From Candidatus Omnitrophota bacterium (lineage in GTDB: Bacteria > Omnitrophota > Gorgyraeia > Gygaellales > Profunditerraquicolaceae), in NCBI GenBank assembly GCA_028687205.1, contig JAQUAP010000001.1, positions 6,831 through 70,830 of the forward strand: a stretch of 64,000 bases of DNA, written 5' to 3'. A program made the translations under genes and the position numbers. This document shows positions 52,044 to 61,000 of this stretch, one piece after another. The notes below the pieces were generated by a model that was given only the letters and a program-made list of their open reading frames with translations, did no database searches and was not told the origin of the DNA. Position 1 is the stretch's first letter; every line of letters begins with the position of its first letter.

Positions 52044-55000
52044 CCCGGGAAGAGGTATCTTATCCGCTGCATCAGGCGCGGCCAATTATTGGCGCATTGA
52101 CAACAACTTAGGCAGCAACCTGGATAAGATTAAGGCTACGGAGCGCTTTGTTTTAAATAAGGCAATGCGTGATAATATCGGCGGTATACCTTCCGGGATG
52201 CTTTCTTTTGCCTTCTATACCGCAGATTCTTATATGCAGGCATATTCCGAAAGCTACACTGTGCGTGCCATAACGCACACCGCGCTCCATCCCTTGCAGG
52301 TAATAAAGGACATATTCACTTCTATAGACCTGACCACAAAAACCATCAACTCTCTTAGTAGCGGTATTCCTAAGGATAAGTGGGTAGAGGTTGGTATGTT
52401 CCTGGGCGGGATGATTGGTGCAAGTAAAGGTTATTCTAATCTTGGCAGCAGGCTGGCAACCGAAGCTAAAGCGTCTTCATTCACTTCGTTTATGGCGAAT
52501 ACCCATACCAGCGCCGCCAGCCTGGTATATTTGAACGCAGCCTTCACCTTCCTGCCGCTTATAACTGACGGCGGCGCAGGTGATCCTCAGGCCTGGTTTA
52601 AGCAGCTTTATTACGGAGCGTATAATATGGACCAGTCTGCCCAGGGCGCAATGACTATGGCGCTTGCCTGGAATGTATTGAGAGCAGGGTTGGGTAGATT
52701 AAGGCAGACAGGCGCAGGACAAGCAGTTGACAAGCTGGTTAATAACCATCTTGAGCACGCCACTCCGGCAGTAAAATACGGCCTGCCTCTTGCGATGACC
52801 GTGGGCGGAGCAGAGCTTTATGCGCTCAATAAAGATAAGCAAGATGACCTGCAAGCTAACTACCTGGCTCATACGGGCTTAGTTATTGCCGGCATAGGCG
52901 CAATGCTTCTAGCTAACAAGATTGAAAAATCCAGCGCTTACCGCTGGTTACGCGAAGAAGGTAAGCAAATGCCTCAGCCGAATGCTTTGGGCCTGGAGGC
53001 AGCTGAGAAGACAACGGCAAAAACACGGACCGAAAAAATATTTGGTACTCATAGCAGCCGTTTGTATGGCAAGGAGTGGGTAAAGACAGAATTGAAATAT
53101 AATATCCGCTGGGGCGGCATAGGGGCCATTGCCGGATTAGTAGGGGCTGCGAGTTCTGGCAAGATAAAGGATTGGCATGACCGCATAGAATATTTAGTAT
53201 TAGGTGCAATCGGCGGTATGGCCATCTTAAGAAACCTGCCTGCGCTTGTGAAAACCGGCGCACGCGTAGGAGTTAAGGGTACTGAAATTACCGGCGCAGG
53301 GGCTTTGACCTACGGCGCCAAGAAGATGACCTTTGATCCATTAGCGGGCTGGATAGAAGGTGAACTTGGCTATAGAAATGATTTTAATTTTACCAGGGCA
53401 ACTACGCCGCACTTGTTCAGGGCAGGTGATACTCAGGATGACCTAGTATACGCCCTTTCTATGGGAGTTGTCGGCTTGGGCATTGCCAAGGTCAGCACTA
53501 CTGCTATAAAGGCATACCGGGAAAAAGGCGCCGCAGGATTAGAGAAGCCGGAGGGAGTAATAAATAAGGGTTTCCTCACCAAAGCCGAGCAACACCTTAT
53601 GCGTTCCGGCCAGGATCTTGAACCGTTTTTACAATCTTGGTCTAAGGATTGGGGCAAGAACGTACTGAGTTCTGTAGGTACTATGGCCGTTGGTTACGGG
53701 CTTTATAACTGGGGTAAAGAAGGAGAAGCAAGAAACAAGGATTTATCTACACTCTGGAAGTATGCCGGTGTGGCGATGGTGGGTATGGGCCTGCTGAAGA
53801 CAGTGGGTATCTTAGGCGGCGACTTGAATTTAAGGGCGATTGCCAACCTACGCGGTAAAAATCAGGCAATAGCCGGCGCTATGGCTACGGCAGCAGGAGC
53901 GGGATTATTCTTATGGGGCTCTTCGGATGACCTCAAAGATGCACAATTAGCCGGGCTTGATTTAGGTAAGATTATTCAAGTAAGCGGAGGAGCTTTAGCT
54001 GCCGTAGGTGCTTTAAATATGTTTGCCGGAGTAAGAGGGATGCGTCTTCAGGGCAAAAATTTAGAGGCAGCGGTTAATAATAGCGCATTAAGCCGGTATG
54101 CAGGAAACAGCCTGGCAACGGCCAAAGGCATAATCTGGGATTTTGGCGCAAGGGGCACCACGGTGAACCTGTTTACCGTTATCGCTCCACTCTTTGGGGT
54201 TATTGCTGCCACCTCCTGGTTTACCCAGAAATATATCAGTTCGTCTTCCTATAGCAAATTAGAAAAGACTATCTTAGATTATACCGCAGGCGCTTTCTTG
54301 AATAATGATATCAAAAAAGGCCCGCTGAGCATAAATACTTATTCTGATATCGTCGGCGGCAAGGGTGAGAAATGGGCAGAGGCAAAGGGCTTATGGGCTA
54401 AATTAAGCATTCTCGGACTCCTTGCTGACCGCGCATACACCGCCTCCCTCTTCGGAACAGACGCCAACGCAAAGGTAAAGGGCGATTTTAAGTCAATGGC
54501 CGATGCTGTTTCAAAGCTGGGTTCCTCTGGCCGCATCTGGAATGCCCTGGATAAGAGTAATGTCAGTTTTTCTGCTGCCCTGGCTCTCCTGTATCCGGTT
54601 GCCGAGCCTTTCTTCTCCAATATAAAGCCGGGCAATTTCGGCTACAAATTCCAGGCCGTTGGTAAGGCTATGGAGGATGTGTTCGGCGGCGCTGCAATAG
54701 CAGGGATTTCTCCTCGCGCCGCAGCCCAGGCCTCAAGCCCGTTAAGGATATTGAATATGATTACTACCGGGACCATAGAAGAGACGGTTACCGAACAGGC
54801 TATCCAGATGATACTGAACATAACCCCGTTAGGGCCGGTATTAGGCCCGCAGGCCGTGGAGGTCATACAGGAAATCGCCTCTCCTTTTGGCAACGCGCAT
54901 ATGAACTATATTCCTTCCCGCGCCATGGCGAAGAATTACGTCAACGGTAACCTGCAAAGAGTACAGGGATTAATTGACAAAGTAGATGCCAAGCTGGCAA

Positions 55001-58000
55001 AGCCGGACGCAAATACGGATATTTTGAATCATCAGCTCGGCCGTTTAAACACTACTAAGCGGTTCTACGAAAACATAGCGGGTAACCTGGATTTGGCTAA
55101 TGGCAGCGCAGAAGGCGTTATTGGGGCCATGCTGCCGTTATTGCAATCTAAGATTAATTCTCTCGGCAGCGTTGGGTTAGCAGCTATTAGGAATAATCTG
55201 GGTGCGATGGATGCCGTTGAATTCAAGGCAAAAGGGCTCTATTCATTAGTGAACCAGGACACCAAAGATATCGTTACGGCGCAGGCCTCTTCGGACGGCA
55301 AGACTGTAGATGTTGACGCCGCACAGAACCTCAACTTTAATATAGACGCTTCCGGCAGGCTTTCCATCAGGCCTAATGTCGTCGGCCATTATAATATCGG
55401 CGGCGGCGCGCACGAACTCGTCCATCTCTTTGTGGATAAGAACCGCAGTAACGAGAAGATTGCCCCGTTAGTTAGACAGATACAATCTTCACTTGGCTAT
55501 AAAACCGTAGGCTCTGTTCCGCTTGAGATCAGTGAATGGGGCCCTAATGAAATGCTTACCCAGTATTTCAGCATGCTCTTCTTGGCTAAATATATCGCTA
55601 ACCATAAGCTTGATTACAGCACTGACAGCAGCGCTTCTTCCATCCAGGATCTGGTTGAGCGCACTTTAAACAGGAGATTCGATGATTTAGGCCAGGCTAT
55701 GGCCAGCGTGAACGCTATGGCGCAACCTGATCTGCTGGCGCCTAAAGTAGCAAGCGATGACTTCATGGCGCACGTCATTGACTTCGTGCAGTGGAAGAAC
55801 GGCAACAGGGTTGAGGTCAATTATGAAGCCAAAGTCGGCCAGCTTAAATCTATGCTGCAGGAAAAGGGCATTCATTTGGAGCAGGCTGGGTCAGCTGAAT
55901 TCAAGAAAGCAGGTATTTACTTGAATGCTGACGGTAACACTACAGAAGCCGGCCAGGGCGGCGATATCACTGTACAGATAAATAGAGACGTGCAGGATAA
56001 AGGGGCAGCTTACGAAGCATATGTCTTGTATCATGAAACTGCCCAGGCACTGCGCGAACAGATAGGTAACCAGGATACAGTATTAAAAGAGTTTGGCTCT
56101 GTGCGCGAGCAATTCCAGAAGACGCAAGACAAGAAAGCCGTCCAGGCGTTAGATGATTTTATGGATTATTTAAAAACCTATGATAGTGTGCTCAAGGATT
56201 ATGTTGTTGGGTTAGTGGAGGCAGGTAAAGAAGCCAAGGTTTCTTTAGAGGATCTGACATCTATTAAAGCGCGTATCCAGGCATCATTCCATTATGATAA
56301 TGAAGATAATGCGGCCGTAATCAGCGGTTTGGACAAGCTGATTAGCGGGCTTCAGGAGGGTGGTCAGGAGGTTACGGTAGCAGATATAAGAAAGCTTGCC
56401 CGGCAGTCTGTCAATCCAGAATATCACAGAGCTATCGAATTCTGGGGGCATACCGCGCCGTTGTTATATACCCCCGAGCTTGCCAAGAGTATTATAGGTA
56501 AGAATAAGGCATTAAAGAGGTTAGCCGACTCTATCCAGAAGTATCCGCTGCTAGCTGATTTCTTAAGGAAACAAAACGAGGCATTGGGTATGCCAAAGAT
56601 CGCCACCTCTTCACCAGCTAGAGATGCTGGAATTAAGTCCCGCATTTTAGCCGCTGCCCTGGCTGCCTTGACTGCCGGGACGACTGCTAAGTCGAGTTCA
56701 CCGGTTGACTCCAGCTCGCCTGCGGAGAGGACCCAGCCTATGGCTTTGCCGGTTGCGGCTGCTACAGCAGCGCAGGTTGCGCTTGGCTCCCTGGTTAATA
56801 CTAACTTTACCCAGCAGGTAATCGTACCTGGCAGCAGCCCGGTAATTCCTGCAGGCGTAACATTATCAGCATTACTGCCTAATACTCCATTTGCCAAGAA
56901 CCTTATTATTGCAGGTTATAACTCTGACACTGCCCCGCCTGCAGGCGCCATCGCGCACAACTTTATTTCCAATGTAGTGCCAGCTTCAAGCTCAGTAATT
57001 GAGAAGTTGACAGGTTCCCAGATTGTAAGCCCCGAAGAAACCAGTGGTTCGACTCGTGTAAACTCCAAAACCGCGAATAGCGGCGTTTTTGTTCCTACCG
57101 AATCTTCTTCACCGGCAATAAACAAAGATAAGTTGATAGAATTAACGGAATTATTGCTTAAGGAAGCACCGCGTCTTACTGGCCAAATTAAGTCTCGTGG
57201 ACGCCAGAATATAGACAGGTTAGCCCAGAAGAGAATCGCTGTTTTTGCAGCTAAGCATGGAGTAACTGCAGAAAAGGCAGGAGAGATTATTGACTATCTT
57301 GCTGCCTATGAAGAAATGCTGGGAGAGTTAAAAACAATACAGGATGATAATAAGAAACAGATTAGGTTAAATGGGGAAAGTAAGGAAGTGGATATAAGCA
57401 TTGAAGATCTATTCAGCAGGCCGGAAATACAAAAAGTTGTTAACAGGATTAACGATAGAGATCTGGGGGATATGAACGAAGAGCGTATCCGGAAGATTTT
57501 CGATATAGCAGAAGAGGTTTTAGCCGTGCTTATTACTACTGTTCCGGAAGCAGAAGAATTATTCAATAAAAAGTTTGCTGAACAATTCACAGACACATAT
57601 ATTAAAGAGGCGATTACAGATATAGGTAAGAGAATGGAGAGAATGGAGGACAACCAGAAAACACAAGGAAAAGCTATAGAAACACAAGGAAAAGCTATAG
57701 AAACACAAGGAAAAGCTATAGAAACACAAGGAAAAGCTATAGAAACACAAGGAAAAGCTATAAAAGGAATAGATACAAGGTTAGGAGAAGTACAAAGAGC
57801 CCAGGAACAATTTAGAGCAGATGTTAATGCTAGATTTATTGTTATAGAAGCAGCACAGGTCGAGGTCAATGAAATTATTGTAGCCATCAATAACTGTATT
57901 GCAGGAGCCCTGCGTAATTTTAAGGTTAAGCAAGGAGTTTGGAGAATCAGAGAAGAATACAAGAGATTAGGCAAGAAGTTTACTATTTTGGAGGTAAAGA

Positions 58001-61000
58001 GAATTATAAATAATGTGGCCGCCCAGTTAGATCTGTTAACTGAACGCGTTAGAATTTTTGGAGCTTCCGAGAAAGAAATCGCAGATCTTCCCGAAAATAT
58101 TAGAAAAGATTCTATAGTGCTTATATCTGAAGGCGATAAATTGCATGCTGTGCCCATAAAGGCAATGGTATTAAAGAAAGATGAAAAGGAAGATTATTAT
58201 TTCTATGCCCAAGAAAATAATGTACAGGGCGGGACTGTACTGAATAACAGGAGAATATATTTATCAGAATTGGTTAGACTCAACGGAAAGATAGTTATAA
58301 TTTCCTATGAGGAGTATAAAGATTCTTTTAAATATGAATTCTCTGATCAAGAGATAGCTCAATTAAAAGGAGAGGTTGAGGGAACAGGTATCGGCGGCGG
58401 CGCAGGAACCGGCCAGGGTGGAGCCGGTGCTGGCGCTGGCGCCGGAGGCAGCCCGTTAGGCGGCGGAAACGCTGGCGCCGGTACTGATGATGATAAATAT
58501 GATACAGCCGGAAGCCCGATGTTAGATACGCATGATATAAAGCCATATAATATTCCTGAAGTCAATATGACAATAGACCCTGCATCTTATCGCGCTACGG
58601 CTGATCTTGCTCCTCCTGTAGCTGCTCTTGCTTTGAATCCTGCAATAAATACTCTCACTGAAGAATTATTCGTGATTGAAAAAGGCGATAAGGCCTATGC
58701 GGGTAAAACGCTTGAAGAGGCCTATGATAAAGCTTATGGCTTAGAAACAGAGGAAAAGCCCGTAAGGAAAGCAAGTATCTTTAGCTGGGTTAATGAACAT
58801 CCTAAGGCGGTAAGTTTAGCTTTGGCAGGCCTGGCTTTTGGCCTTGTCTATGTAGGCGGGCCGTTACTAAATAATATAGGTAATGCCTGGGCTGCAGACC
58901 TCCAAACAGAACCGGTAGCCCCGCAGACAGTAGATTCATTTGCAGTTAAAAAAGGCGATACTCTCTGGAAGCATTTCAGGGCGGACTGGAAGAAGGCATA
59001 TGATGCTAACCCGCAAATTCACGGCCGCTTAGGCGAAAAGATAGGCCCGCAATACCCGGATACCAAACAAATCGTAATTATCTATCCTAACGAGAAAATC
59101 AAGAAGCCCGCTGTTGGGCCAGTTCAGAAGGCGGAAGAAAAGGTTACTGCTAAGCCGGAAACCAAATTAAAACCTGAAGAAACTCTAGCACAGCCACCTG
59201 CCGGACAAGAGGTAATTTCCAAGGAAGATGCGGTAAAGGGAAAAAGCGTAATAAGCCATATAAAAGAATTCTTTAATAATAATAAGGCAACAGTATCTTT
59301 CGCTTTAGGATTGATTATTACCGGAATCTTAGTGAGGGTTTTCTGGCCGAAAATTACCAAATTATGGAATAGTTACAGAGAAACAGCAGCTAAAAAAGCA
59401 AGAGAATCTGCGGCGAGAGAAGAACAGGAGAGATTGGCTAAAGAGGCGGAGGCCAAAAAGGCAGTTGAAGAGAGAGCAAGGTTAGAAAGAGAAGCAGCGG
59501 AAAGGTTGGTGGCAGAGAATGCTAAGAAAGCCGCGGAAGAAAAAGCTAAGGAAATTAAAGATTATCTAGGTTATTCCGAGTCAGGATATGAGGTTACGGC
59601 CAAAGAGGAAGTTTATCCTGAAGCCACAACTGGAAACCAGGAAGGTCAAATCTTAGCAGATAAAGAGCCCTCATCTATTAAAGATAATATTGCTTTAGGA
59701 GACAGATACTATAGTGAGGGCAGATACTCAGAGGCTCTCCGGGCTTACCAGATAGCTGAAGAAGCTCTTCTAAATTTAAAGAGCGGATTCGATAGAATTC
59801 AGCTTAATACTGAAAATTGTTGCGAAGAAGAACTTAAAGCTAATGGGGCGACCAAAAATGAAATCAATAAATTAAATGGTAAATTAGTCAGAGTTGAAGT
59901 AATGGTTAGCAAGTGTTATTCAAAGTTGGGTGACCAGAAAAAAGCAGTTGAGGTCTTAAATTCTGCTAAGTTAATTAATCCTACTGTTTTTAAACAAATT
60001 TTAGCTCAAGAAGAAGCAACCTCTTCGCCGCTTAACCAGATACCCGTTGTTCCTGCTGCGGTAACCATAGTAAGAAATGCCACAATAACCAGCGCTTCCC
60101 TCAACAGATTAGCCGCCGTAATCGCTTACGTAAGAAGTCTGAAGAATAATCGCGCTGATCTTGAAAGGGTATTTAGCGCCCTGGAGACCAAAGCTACAGC
60201 AACCGGCAGGAACATTCATAATATACTCGCTCCTCCGTCACTGCGCGCTGCTGCATCTGTGGGAAGTTCACCTGTTGAAGTTTACAGCAACACAAACGGA
60301 GGAGGGCAAAATGAAAAACTTACTGCAGGAATTCGAAGAGGAATTAAAGATGTTAGAGACGCAATACTTAATAGAGGAATTAGCGGAAAGACGCTTAAGA
60401 GCGGTCCAGGTAAGCCTGGAAGACCGTGGTATCTTGGAGCCGACTGCTACGCAAGAATAAAGGCATTCTTACAGGAAAACCGGCTTCATAGCTTAAGTGA
60501 GCGTGTAATTCTGCTTATTCGTGCTCCGCCTTACCTATTATTATATCGTGCAAACACAGTTGTAATTGCCGCAGTTCGTAATTCCTTATTACCAGTCTTA
60601 TCCAATACCAAATCAATCACAAATAACCTTATAAACTTAACTTTAACCAAGCTGCTAACTCTTTCCGTGGCAGGAGTGTTAGCGGCTTATGTTGTTGTCT
60701 GGGTGGCGCAGGAGCCCTCCTCCAGGGAAATGACCCCTCTTGTTGCCACCCTGACAACAATAATAATAGGAGGTGCACTATGTGTCCTATCAATGTCAAT
60801 GAAATCAGAATCGACCACATCGTTGACTTTACCAAGGACAGGACTACGTTTGCTGCAGCCCGCCAGAATGACGGCCACCTTAGGATCTTTCTTATCAATG
60901 ATCTTACCGGTACCGTCTACACTCGTAATGGACGTGCAGATAGCTGGGAGGAAGTTATCGGGGCTAATTGCGAGCTTATTAGGGCAAAGATCAGCGACGC

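Noticed and set aside
57661-57765. Possible CRISPR array
   Set aside because: Units are contiguous with no spacers, perfectly in frame within a coding region, and no cas genes are nearby.
57559-58157. Minus-strand ORFs 57306..58157 and 57559..57750 (repetitive CFYSFSL peptide)
   Set aside because: Reverse-strand reading of the 21-nt tandem repeat and surrounding giant-gene coding sequence.
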